Sequence record: SRR22947725_163
DNA length: 60,405 nucleotides
Direction: 5' to 3' (one strand)
Shown here: positions 29,858 through 41,620 of the stretch, in pieces
Layout of the letters: the number at the start of each line of letters is the position of its first letter
Position numbering within the stretch: the stretch's first letter is position 1
Program-made: the position numbers and the translations under genes
Notes under the pieces: model-generated
What the model was told of the DNA's origin: nothing
Database searches by the model: none
The model's input: the letters and a program-made list of their open reading frames with translations, nothing else

Positions 29858-30952
29858 ATGTTTAAAAGTAAAGTTGGTTTATTGGCCGCTGCTGTCGTTG
29901 CGTTTAGTTCAAGCGCTATGGCTGATGGTCATATCCATTTAAAAATACAATCTGTATTAAACTCTACTGGTAGTGAAGTTGGCTATGTTAGAGATTTTGC
30001 AGAAGATGTTGCTGCATTGACTGATGGCAGAGTAACGATGGAAGTCCTCCCTGGAGGTTCTGTTGTACCTAACTCTGACCTTATTGATGCTGTAGACGCT
30101 GGTCTAATTGATGGCGGATTTGCATGGACTCACTACTGGTCTGGTAAGCACCCAGCAGCAATGCTGTTTGGCTCACCAATCGCTGGAGCTGGCCTTGGTA
30201 TTGATAATATCGCATGGCTTTCTTGGTTCCACAGTGCGGGTGGTAAAGAGTTATACGATCAACTATGGGACGAGATGGACCTAAACGTTGTTGGTTTGAT
30301 GCTTCAACCAGTTGGTCCTGAAGCGCTAGGTTGGTTTAAAGAGCCAATCAATAGTATGGATGACTTCCGTAAGCTAAGATTCCGTGCACCTCCAGGAATC
30401 CCAGGTCAAACATATAAAGATATTGGTGTTGCAGCTGTAGCTATGGGTGGTGGTGATATTCTTCCAGCACTTGAGAAAGGCGTAATTGACGCAGCAGAAT
30501 GGTGCTGCCCAGAGCCGGACAGAGACTTTGGTTTCCAGAAAGTTCTTAAGTACTATTACCTACAAGGACTTCACCAGAACGTTGTGAATGCTGATATGTA
30601 TATCAACGGTGACAGATGGAATGAAATTTCTCCACGTGACCAAAGAGCGATCCACGTTGCTGCAAGAGCTGCAAGACTTGACTCTATGTCAAATCGTATC
30701 TATGCAAACGGTATTGCAATGGCAGACTTGCTAGAACAAGGCGTTCAGCTAATGGATACGCCTGATGACTACTTCGTAGAGTTTATGGCTGCTGCGAATG
30801 CAACACTTCAAAAGAACGCTGATGAAAATGCATTCTTTGCTGAAGTATGGGCATCACAGAGAGATTTCGCTGAAAAAGCGGTACCTTTCTGGTCAGGAGC
30901 TCAGTCTTCTAACGCTAAGTTAGGTTTAGCTTTTGCGAAAACTTTACAGTAA
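29858..30952 (+). CDS. TRAP solute-binding protein DctP (TakP-like)
   Basis: Signal peptide, HYWSGK, LRFRAP and GGDILPALEKGVIDAAEW motifs; RBS AGGAG. Confidence 0.9.
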   Translation: MFKSKVGLLAAAVVAFSSSAMADGHIHLKIQSVLNSTGSEVGYVRDFAEDVAALTDGRVTMEVLPGGSVVPNSDLIDAVDAGLIDGGFAWTHYWSGKHPAAMLFGSPIAGAGLGIDNIAWLSWFHSAGGKELYDQLWDEMDLNVVGLMLQPVGPEALGWFKEPINSMDDFRKLRFRAPPGIPGQTYKDIGVAAVAMGGGDILPALEKGVIDAAEWCCPEPDRDFGFQKVLKYYYLQGLHQNVVNADMYINGDRWNEISPRDQRAIHVAARAARLDSMSNRIYANGIAMADLLEQGVQLMDTPDDYFVEFMAAANATLQKNADENAFFAEVWASQRDFAEKAVPFWSGAQSSNAKLGLAFAKTLQ

Positions 30953-30977
30953 AGATTTTTCGTAAGACTTAAAAACT

Positions 30978-31015
30978 AAGTTGCCAATAGTGAAAACTGT
31001 TGGCAACTTTTTTTT
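30978..31015 (+). terminator. Rho-independent terminator after dctP
   Basis: AAGTTGCCAATAGT-GAAA-ACTGTTGGCAACTT followed by a T tract. Confidence 0.85.
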
Positions 31016-31158
31016 ATCTAAATATGTTTTTTCTAACTTCAGGTTCTCCTTTATCCTGAAGTTAGAAAAGCCATATTAATAGAAGGGTTTTATTTAATGA
31101 TTTCTAAAATTTGTTACAATAGCTGTAGTGTTTTTTAGTTTTATAATTAGGTGCATTT

Positions 31159-31767
31159 ATGTCAGAAAAAGAAGATATTGGTGAATTAGACATTACAGAT
31201 GAAATGATCGCTGAGGGCAGATCATACACCGGTGTTATGCCGGATGATATGCCTAAGTTAATGGCAAAAACGATTCTCAGTATTGACCTCTTTAGTCTCA
31301 GGGTTGGTCAGATTGCATGTTGGTTGACAGTTCCAGTATTCACTGCCATGTTTATTGAGGTTGTGGGAAGACACTTCTTTGGCTCTCCAACAATGTGGGC
31401 ATATGATATTAGCAGAATGGGTGCGGGAGCAATGTTTATGCTCGGTGCTGGTTATGCTTTATCCAAAGGCGTTCATATACGAGCAGACTTTATGTATCGA
31501 GATTGGTCGGTCAAGACTCAAGCAATTATTGATTTAACGCTCTACTTATTATTTTATTTTCCTGGGATTATGGGCGCAGCATGGGCGTGCTATAAGTATG
31601 CCTATAAATCTTGGTCAATCATGGAAAGAGGAATGGACACTGCCTGGATGCCTTACATGTATCCAATTAAGTTTGCCCTATTTATCGGATTTATTTTCCT
31701 CTTAATTCAAGGTGTTTCAGAGGTGCTTAAGTGCGTTTATGCGATAAAAAATAGGAGATGGCCGTGA
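31159..31767 (+). CDS. TRAP small permease DctQ
   Basis: Four TM segments, HIRAD motif, located between dctP and dctM. Confidence 0.88.
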   Translation: MSEKEDIGELDITDEMIAEGRSYTGVMPDDMPKLMAKTILSIDLFSLRVGQIACWLTVPVFTAMFIEVVGRHFFGSPTMWAYDISRMGAGAMFMLGAGYALSKGVHIRADFMYRDWSVKTQAIIDLTLYLLFYFPGIMGAAWACYKYAYKSWSIMERGMDTAWMPYMYPIKFALFIGFIFLLIQGVSEVLKCVYAIKNRRWP

Positions 31768-33080
31768 GTCCAGAAGTTCTAGGCATTGTCCTAATATTAA
31801 CCATGTTGTTTGCCATATTTATTGGCTTTCCAATCTCATTTACATTAATTTTCTTAGGGGTCTTCTTTGGCTATATAGGTTTTGGAGATCTTGTTTTTTA
31901 TTTAATGACCTTCCAGTTTTCAGGGAGTATGCTTGAGCAAACCCTGGCAGCAATTCCATTGTTCACCTTTATGGGTATTCTCATGGAGAAGGCCAACCTC
32001 ATGGAGAGGTTATTCACATCCGTTCAAATGGCTCTTGCCAGAACCAAAGGTTCATTGTTTGTCGCTGTTCTTTTTGTTGCAACAATCTTTGGAGCAGCAA
32101 CAGGAATTGTAGGTGCGTCGGTTACCATTCTCGGCATTATGTCTGCGAAGACAATGAATAGATCAGGTTATGACGTGCGTTTAGCAGCAGGAACGATTAC
32201 GGCTGGCGGTACTTTGGGAATACTAATTCCGCCTAGTATTATGCTTGTTGTTATGGGCCCAATACTCAACGTTCCAGTAACGGATTTGTTTGCAGCAGCA
32301 ATTATGCCTGGTCTTATGTTGGCCGCCCTATATACTGGTTACACGCTGATTAGATGTCACCTAAACCCTAATTTAGGCCCAGTCGTTCCAGAGGACTTGA
32401 TTCCAGATTCTATGAAAGAGGTCTGGATAGAATTCTTTAAAGGACTGCTTCCACCCGTTCTTTTAGTTGGGTCATCTCTAGGAAGTATATTGGCTGGATG
32501 GGCAACAGCAACTGAAGGCGCTGCAATGGGAGCTGTCGGAGCAATATTCTTGACTCTAGCCTACCGTAAGCTTACTTTTGAGTCTTTTAAAAGCTCTCTT
32601 TTAAAAACTTTAGAGATCACTACTTTAATTATGGTTTTGGTGTGTGCGTCTAACTTCTTTGGTGCAGTCTTTTCAAGACTGGGCACACCAACAATGATCA
32701 CAGAATATTTGATGCTTCTTGATCTTCCACCAACTGCGATTCTATTAATTATTATGGCCTTTATTTTCTTGTTAGCCTGGCCATTAGAATGGGTTCCAAT
32801 TGTGCTCATCATTATTCCAATTGTCTTGCCTCTTATTGAACAACTAGGATTTAACCTTACTTGGTTTGGAATACTGGTTGCTGTTAATCTGCAGACGGCA
32901 TGGCTGTCACCTCCTGTTGCCTTATCCGCCTACTTCCTCAAGGGAGTGGTCCCAGAGTGGGATTTGGCAGATATCTATAAAGGGATGATGCAGTTTATGG
33001 CGATTCAGGTTGTTGGACTTGCATTGATCATTATCTTCCCGCAAATTGTACTTTGGTTACCAACTTACCTCTATGGATAA
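31758..33080 (+). CDS. TRAP large permease DctM
   Basis: AIPLF, GTLGILIPPS and LSPP motifs. The real start may be GTG 31764, which has better RBS spacing. Confidence 0.92.
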   Translation: MAVSPEVLGIVLILTMLFAIFIGFPISFTLIFLGVFFGYIGFGDLVFYLMTFQFSGSMLEQTLAAIPLFTFMGILMEKANLMERLFTSVQMALARTKGSLFVAVLFVATIFGAATGIVGASVTILGIMSAKTMNRSGYDVRLAAGTITAGGTLGILIPPSIMLVVMGPILNVPVTDLFAAAIMPGLMLAALYTGYTLIRCHLNPNLGPVVPEDLIPDSMKEVWIEFFKGLLPPVLLVGSSLGSILAGWATATEGAAMGAVGAIFLTLAYRKLTFESFKSSLLKTLEITTLIMVLVCASNFFGAVFSRLGTPTMITEYLMLLDLPPTAILLIIMAFIFLLAWPLEWVPIVLIIIPIVLPLIEQLGFNLTWFGILVAVNLQTAWLSPPVALSAYFLKGVVPEWDLADIYKGMMQFMAIQVVGLALIIIFPQIVLWLPTYLYG

Positions 33081-33143
33081 AAAGAGAGCGGTTCAAAAAG
33101 GTTTGGTTGAAAAGTAATTAAGAATTAATTACTGAAAAACGAA

Positions 33144-33917
33144 TTACAGTGATTCACCGAATGTACTGTTTTGAGAGTGAATGTAATCGATGTCACTTGT
33201 GTGAACGTATGATGTTCGAATCTCAATAGTTTCATTGTGATAGGTTTGACCAATCCGATCTATCTTGAGAATAGGTGATCCTAACTCAATATTTAGCAGC
33301 TTAGAGATTTTTTCATTAGAAGTGATCGCTTTTAGTTTCTCTGAACAGTTAGTGATAAAGATATTAAATTTATTCTGATATAGATTGTAAATTGTGTTTG
33401 CTCTATTTTTAAAAATCTCTTCATTAAGTCCAGGAAATTTATCCTGAGAGATAATAATTTTGTCAACGATATAGAATTTTTTATTCAGGCCTAGCTTGTT
33501 ATAAATTTTATAAATAGCACTTCCAGTAGGAATATTTAAAGATTCAGCTTCAGCTTTAGATGCCTTCTTAGTTTCAAAAGAGATAAATTCGACAGTTGGA
33601 CTTTCTTGTTTTTCAGTTCCATTTAAAGCAAAGTGAAAATACTCAAAAAGGAAACTGCTATTATCGTGCTGAAAGACAAAGGTCCCGAGACCTTGCTTGC
33701 GAATAAGAAAGCCTTCCTTTTCTAGAACGCCTACCGCTTTCCTGATTGTGCCAATAGATACCTGAAAAAGTTCAACGAGCGTCTTTTCATTTGGAATGAG
33801 TTGTCCAGGTCTGAGTTCATCTCTGTAAAGGCAATTGAATAGTTCATTGCGAATTTGTAGCCAAAGAGGCGTTTTACTGTCTCTATCGATATCAAATTTG
33901 AGATCAGTAATGCTCAT
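33144..33917 (-). CDS. GntR/HutC-family regulator (wHTH plus UTRA)
   Basis: PNEKTL..FQVSIGTIRKA..RKQGLGTFV HTH; last gene of the suy-hps operon. Confidence 0.88.
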   Translation of the reverse strand: MSITDLKFDIDRDSKTPLWLQIRNELFNCLYRDELRPGQLIPNEKTLVELFQVSIGTIRKAVGVLEKEGFLIRKQGLGTFVFQHDNSSFLFEYFHFALNGTEKQESPTVEFISFETKKASKAEAESLNIPTGSAIYKIYNKLGLNKKFYIVDKIIISQDKFPGLNEEIFKNRANTIYNLYQNKFNIFITNCSEKLKAITSNEKISKLLNIELGSPILKIDRIGQTYHNETIEIRTSYVHTSDIDYIHSQNSTFGESL

Positions 33918-33938
33918 AGATTAATTAATAAAAATCAT

Positions 33939-34949
33939 TTAAAAAGAAGGCTTTAGGATCACCTTGGCTGACGCCATTGTACCATTGTGTAAACTTTGAA
34001 AAGCTAAATTCGTTTCTGATAATGGCATCTCTTCAATCCAGGATAAATCTCCAAAATCTCCATTTTCAATTGACTTTAATGCAGATCTAAAGTCCTCCAT
34101 GTTGTAGGTATAACATCCCACAAGCTTTATTTCTTGGAGGGTTATTTTTCGAATATCAATGTTGCTACTCCAGCTAAGCAGTCCAATATTAACCACTACG
34201 CCTCCAGCTCTGATAGAGGAAACGGATAGCGCATTTGTTTTCTCACTCCCCACGCAATCAATCACGACATCATATGTGTCTTCCTTGACTGAGTCAGTAA
34301 TTGGGTTAACAGGGTTAACACCAACATGATCTTTAACACAAGAATGACGAGCCTCATTTGTTTCAAGGACAGTCATTGTGACGCCATGAGACTTCAGTAA
34401 AAGTGCAGCTAGAAGACCAATAGCACCCGCACCGACAACAAGCACATTACACTCACTGATTGGTTTGAAGGAGCTCTCTATGGCAAGATTGACAGCGTGG
34501 ACTACTGTGGCTGCAGGCTCAGTCAGCGCTACATGGTTTGAGTTCATGGCATTGGGTGCATGAACAAGGCATTGATTGGGTATCGTCATGTATTGAGCAA
34601 AAGCACCTTGCCTACTCATCCCTATCATATCTCTATCGCTACATAAGTTATCTCTACCCTGGAGGCAGTATTCACATTTTCCACACGTAATAAGTGGATT
34701 GCCTGTTACCTTTTGTCCTTTATGGGTACCCTCAACAATCTCACCACAGAACTCATGTCCCAAAATTAATCCAGGATTTCTTCTTGGATCCTTTCCATGG
34801 AATGCATGCATATCAGAGCCACAAATACCAACCGACTCAATGCGCAAAAGAACATCATCATCACGATCAATTTGGGTAGAGTGATAATCATTTATAAAGG
34901 TCATTTCGTTAGGTGCGGTATATACCACTGCTTCCATTTTATCAATCAT
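33939..34949 (-). CDS. hpsP: Zn-dependent alcohol dehydrogenase (DHPS epimerisation)
   Basis: GICGSD, GHE and four-Cys Zn motif; synteny with hpsN and hpsO. Confidence 0.78.
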   Translation of the reverse strand: MIDKMEAVVYTAPNEMTFINDYHSTQIDRDDDVLLRIESVGICGSDMHAFHGKDPRRNPGLILGHEFCGEIVEGTHKGQKVTGNPLITCGKCEYCLQGRDNLCSDRDMIGMSRQGAFAQYMTIPNQCLVHAPNAMNSNHVALTEPAATVVHAVNLAIESSFKPISECNVLVVGAGAIGLLAALLLKSHGVTMTVLETNEARHSCVKDHVGVNPVNPITDSVKEDTYDVVIDCVGSEKTNALSVSSIRAGGVVVNIGLLSWSSNIDIRKITLQEIKLVGCYTYNMEDFRSALKSIENGDFGDLSWIEEMPLSETNLAFQSLHNGTMASAKVILKPSF

Positions 34950-35707
34950 GCTGCTGAAAATCCTCCATCAAGAAATATAGTTTGACCCGTGACATATGAG
35001 TTAGCATCACTACACAAAAAGACGCTTATTCCAAATATATCCTTTTCATCACCGTTACGACCCATCATCGTTTTGTCAGCTAAAGTTTGTAATTTACCCG
35101 GATCTTGGAATAATGATTCCGTTAAGTTGGTTCTAAAAAACCCTGGAGCTATGGCATTCACTAGGACGCCATCTTTAGAGTAAGCTTGCGCTAAAGCGCG
35201 CGTTAGTTGCATAATTCCACCTTTACTTGCGCCATATGGAATGCTATTATCAAAAGCCCTAAGAGATTGAAGTGAGGCGATATTTATAATTCTACCCCAA
35301 TTATTTTCTCTCATTGAGTCTGCAACAAGTTGACTTAAATGGAAGGGTGCTGTTAAGTTAATATCGATTGTTTTTTGCCATTCATCAAGCGTAAGGTCCT
35401 CAGCTGAAGTTCGCAGATTAATTCCTGCTGCATTCACTAAAATGTCTATTCGATTGGACTCTTGATGGATCAGGGAGACAACATTTTCAAGTGCTTCACT
35501 GGAAGTGACATCCAGTTGAATGAATCGCCCCTCAGTGCCCTGATCTTTTAACTCTTTGAGCGTTTCATCTGCATTATCTCGACTACTCGCAATCCAGACA
35601 AATGCGCCTGCTTTTGCAAGCGCAAGTGCCATCATTTTTCCTAATCCGCTAGTACCACCAGTTATCAGAGCAACTTTATTCTCAAGAGAAAAGTCTGACA
35701 AGCTCAT
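34946..35707 (-). CDS. hpsO: SDR dehydrogenase (DHPS epimerisation)
   Basis: TGGTSGLG and YGASK motifs; immediately downstream of hpsN. Confidence 0.78.
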   Translation of the reverse strand: MSLSDFSLENKVALITGGTSGLGKMMALALAKAGAFVWIASSRDNADETLKELKDQGTEGRFIQLDVTSSEALENVVSLIHQESNRIDILVNAAGINLRTSAEDLTLDEWQKTIDINLTAPFHLSQLVADSMRENNWGRIINIASLQSLRAFDNSIPYGASKGGIMQLTRALAQAYSKDGVLVNAIAPGFFRTNLTESLFQDPGKLQTLADKTMMGRNGDEKDIFGISVFLCSDANSYVTGQTIFLDGGFSAA

Positions 35708-35710
35708 GGT

Positions 35711-38212
<2,502 letters not shown>

Positions 38213-38213
<1 letters not shown>

Positions 38214-38494
38214 TACCACCTCTTTGTTTTAACGTTATGAACATGTAGATGGTCACCAACTGCAATTTTTGCAATTGTTCTGCCAATATCTACACCATAT
38301 TTGATGACTGTATCATCTTCATTAAGGTCTTTGATCGCAAGTTTATGACCAATAGGAATATCTTGATTGATCTTAATGTCTATTAAGACATCTTGATCCA
38401 TTATCCACCCCGTTATAGTGTCATTTGCTTTTAGACCTTCAACTGTAACAACGCCGACGGAATCGTCTTCGTCATGAACTATAAATTGAATCAT
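38213..38494 (-). CDS. suyA: (R)-Sulfolactate sulfo-lyase alpha subunit (SAF domain)
   Basis: [18 protein letters not shown] and [10 protein letters not shown] motifs; RBS AAAGGAG. Confidence 0.88.
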
Positions 38495-38564
38495 GCCTAC
38501 TCCTTTCTAAATAATTAAAAAAAATCTGTGATTAAATTTTGCAATAAAATTTAATGAGAAGTAT

Positions 38565-38582
38565 ATTATATCATATATATGA
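38565..38582 (-). promoter_or_regulatory. Extended -10 promoter of suyAB-hpsNOP overlapped by a palindromic operator
   Basis: Minus strand reads TGaTATAAT (38573-38565); perfect palindrome TCATATATATGA at 38571-38582. Confidence 0.55.
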
Positions 38583-38721
38583 ATTTTTTTTTACTGAGAT
38601 ATTGAAAAAAATTGTAAATTATCGATATAAAATTTAGTTTTATTCTGAAATATCTCGGCATAAAATTCAAAGTAATAGAATTAGATTTCTAAAGTAATAA
38701 TTTAATCAATAGAGGTTAAAA

Positions 38722-39111
38722 ATGAAAAATTTTTTCTTAATTATTTTGTTGAGCTTGGCTCCTTTATCAGTTTTATCTGAAGTGGGAGATCTCTATTACT
38801 GTGAGATGACTCAGGCAGTTGAAATAAAAGAGGGTAAGCTGATTAATTATATTCCCCAAAAATTTAAATTTAGAATTATCAAAAGTGATTTAATAGAGTT
38901 TGGACAAGAGGCAAATTACTTTAGTGGTCTTGAGCTCAAGGTGCTCGAATTTGCATCTAATGGAGAAGAGTTTTACGGAGAAAATTTTGAATATTCGTAT
39001 GGAAGTTTTTATTTTGCTGATGTTTTTAGGCGGCCATCAGCGGGTATAAACAAACTTACAGCAACAATGCTAAGTGCAGAATGCGCTGTTGTAGATGATT
39101 ATTCTGTATAG
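38722..39111 (+). CDS. Hypothetical exported protein
   Basis: RBS GAGG, signal-peptide-like N-terminus, and two Cys near the ends of the mature chain. Confidence 0.65.
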   Translation: MKNFFLIILLSLAPLSVLSEVGDLYYCEMTQAVEIKEGKLINYIPQKFKFRIIKSDLIEFGQEANYFSGLELKVLEFASNGEEFYGENFEYSYGSFYFADVFRRPSAGINKLTATMLSAECAVVDDYSV

Positions 39112-39144
39112 TCAACAACTATTAACCCGTTTATATTTGAAATT

Positions 39145-39618
39145 ATGATTTCAAGAGCTGTAAAAACAAATCGACTTGTTAGGTTATTTGGTTTGACTAA
39201 GGTCCCCATGATTTGGTATTGTCGCCCAAGGGTCATTGAGCATAATGATGAAAAGATTGAAATTAGAATACCTCTTAAAAGAAGAACAAAAAATCATTTA
39301 GGAAGCATGTACTTTGGCGTCCTGGCAGTTGGTGCAGACATTACTGGTGGGTTTCTTGCTATGGATCCAATCCAAGAGAGTGGGCGTAATATTGCTTTAA
39401 TCTTTAAAGACTTTAAGGCCGACTTTCTTAAAAGACCTGAGGGTGATGTTCATTTCATATGTAAAGATGGACTGGCAATAAAAGAGTTGGTTAATCAAGT
39501 TGCGCATTCCACTGAAAGGCATAACTATACATTGAGTATTGAAGCTATAGTACCATCTATCTCCTCTGATGTAGTCGCAAGGTTTGAGCTTACACTTTCC
39601 TTGAAAGACAAAACTTAA
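39145..39618 (+). CDS. Hotdog-fold thioesterase-like protein (DUF4442/PaaI)
   Basis: TKNHLGSMYFG and ADFLKRPEGDV motifs. Confidence 0.8.
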   Translation: MISRAVKTNRLVRLFGLTKVPMIWYCRPRVIEHNDEKIEIRIPLKRRTKNHLGSMYFGVLAVGADITGGFLAMDPIQESGRNIALIFKDFKADFLKRPEGDVHFICKDGLAIKELVNQVAHSTERHNYTLSIEAIVPSISSDVVARFELTLSLKDKT

Positions 39619-39621
39619 AGT

Positions 39622-39807
39622 ATGCATCAAAATCCTATCAATAATGACCCTCAAAATGCTAATATCAAGCCAGCGTTGGTTGAGTTATCTCAATTTAAAC
39701 TTGCGCTCATAATCACCATTCTTTGTGTATTATTTTTTCTAATTATTCAGCCAAATCTAATGAAATTTTTGTTATTTTCATCGCCCATGTTGTGGGAGTG
39801 CATGTAG
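39622..39807 (+). CDS. Small hypothetical membrane protein
   Basis: Starts 3 nt after the upstream stop; one strong TM segment (LALIITILCVLFFLII). Confidence 0.5.
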   Translation: MHQNPINNDPQNANIKPALVELSQFKLALIITILCVLFFLIIQPNLMKFLLFSSPMLWECM

Positions 39808-39899
39808 TCTAGATTCGCAATATAAAAAATTTATAAAATCCTTATTTTTGATAGGGTTTATCTGTGATAATTCACTTTTGAAACTATAGGGTAAAGTTA

Positions 39900-41441
39900 A
39901 TGGTTTATATTGATTTAGCTCCCACGGAGCTTATTAGTGAGTCATTGAATCGAAGTGAGGGTTCCCTCACAAATACGGGCGCTTTATTAGTTGAGACTGG
40001 AAACCGATCTGGCAGAAGCCCAAACGATCGTTTCATTGTTGATGAGCCTTCGACATCAGAATTTATTGAATGGAGTGAGGTCAATAGACCTTTTTCTGAA
40101 GAAAATTTCAATGCTTTGTGGACTAAAGTTGAGAATCATTTGTCCAAAAATGACTCCTTCAGATCACACCTTCATGTAGGTGCTCACTCTGAACATTACC
40201 TTCCAGTTGAGGTCAATACGGAGACTGCTTGGCAGGGCTTGTTTGGACGAAATATGTTTATAAAGCCTGATACCTTTAACCCAAAAGGTAAAGAGCTATG
40301 GTCTATTCTGAATGTTGCATCCTATGTCTGTGATCCTCAAACAGACGGCACAAATTCCGATGGCGTTGTTATTATTAATTTTGCTCAAAAGAAGGTCTTA
40401 CTTGCTGGAATGAGATACGCAGGTGAGATGAAAAAAGCAATGTTTTCAGTACAAAACTTTTTACTCCCTGAAAAAGACGTTTTACCAATGCATTGCTCTG
40501 CAAATGTTGGAGAAAATGGTGATACAGCTTTATTTTTTGGTCTATCAGGAACTGGAAAGACGACCCTATCAGCTGACCCTGAGCGTTATTTGATTGGAGA
40601 CGATGAGCATGGCTGGTCCACAGGTTCAGTGTTTAACATCGAGGGAGGTTGTTATGCAAAAACCATTAACCTTTCCCAAAAAAATGAACCTATTATTTGG
40701 GATGCTATCCATCATGGCGCCATTGTTGAAAATGTAAAAGTTGATCACAATGGTCTAGCTGATTATGACGATACGACTATTTCTGAGAATGGTCGGTGTT
40801 CGTATCCATTAGAGCATGTTAAAAAACGTGTTAAAGAAAACTCAGCAGGCGAACCAAGGGTTGTTATTTTCTTAACCTGTGATGTATCTGGAGTAATTCC
40901 ACCTGTCTCAATTCTGAGTAAAGAGGCGGCAGCTTATCATTTTCTTTCAGGGTACACTGCGCGAGTAGGCTCAACAGAGCTAGGCGCTGAAGCCGGCATA
41001 AATCCAGCCTTCTCGTCATGCTTTGGAGCGCCGTTTATGCCAAGATCGCCAGGAAGCTATGCCAATCTGCTTATTAAACGACTTGCAGAGTTTGATACTC
41101 AAGTTTACCTGGTGAATACTGGTTGGACTGGGGGCTCGGGTGCTCCTGGAGGATCTGGATCGAGATTCCCAATCCCGGTCACTCGGGCAATAGTCTCAGC
41201 ATGTCAGAGCGGTGATTTACTTAATTCAAAGGTCAGGCATCTTGACGATTTAAATCTGGATATTCCGTTGTCAATACCAGGAGTAGATGATACTTATCTC
41301 AACCCGCGTGATACCTGGGAGAATAAGTTGGACTATGATAATGAGTCATCAAAACTTGCAAAGTTGTTTTCTGAAAACTTTAAACAGTTTAATGTTGATG
41401 AGTCAATTATTGCTGCAGGACCTATAGAAGTTAGTAAATAA
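39900..41441 (+). CDS. pckA: Phosphoenolpyruvate carboxykinase (ATP)
   Basis: [32 protein letters not shown] and NIEGGCYAK motifs. Confidence 0.97.
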   Translation: MVYIDLAPTELISESLNRSEGSLTNTGALLVETGNRSGRSPNDRFIVDEPSTSEFIEWSEVNRPFSEENFNALWTKVENHLSKNDSFRSHLHVGAHSEHYLPVEVNTETAWQGLFGRNMFIKPDTFNPKGKELWSILNVASYVCDPQTDGTNSDGVVIINFAQKKVLLAGMRYAGEMKKAMFSVQNFLLPEKDVLPMHCSANVGENGDTALFFGLSGTGKTTLSADPERYLIGDDEHGWSTGSVFNIEGGCYAKTINLSQKNEPIIWDAIHHGAIVENVKVDHNGLADYDDTTISENGRCSYPLEHVKKRVKENSAGEPRVVIFLTCDVSGVIPPVSILSKEAAAYHFLSGYTARVGSTELGAEAGINPAFSSCFGAPFMPRSPGSYANLLIKRLAEFDTQVYLVNTGWTGGSGAPGGSGSRFPIPVTRAIVSACQSGDLLNSKVRHLDDLNLDIPLSIPGVDDTYLNPRDTWENKLDYDNESSKLAKLFSENFKQFNVDESIIAAGPIEVSK

Positions 41442-41511
41442 AATTCTGTATAAGTAAAACCAAAACTGCGATGATAATGGCAGCAATGACGACTGGTGGG
41501 GTGTTTTTCAT
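41431..41511 (-). CDS. Putative 26-aa single-TM peptide ([26 protein letters not shown])
   Basis: Hand-translated ORF below the track's size cutoff; TATAAT lies 6 nt upstream of the ATG. Confidence 0.5.
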   Translation of the reverse strand: MKNTPPVVIAAIIIAVLVLLIQNFIY

Positions 41512-41620
41512 AAATGAATTATAAATATTCTTTCTGTACTTTTTCATGTAAATAACACCTTTTAGCCAAAGATTTTCTATATTATTTTATGGCTTAAATC
41601 ATTTAATATTCGAAGTCATA

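Noticed and set aside
33113-33133. AGTAATTAA-GAA-TTAATTACT inverted repeat between convergent dctM and gntR
   Set aside because: Almost all A/T and weak; it may aid termination but cannot be supported as a feature.
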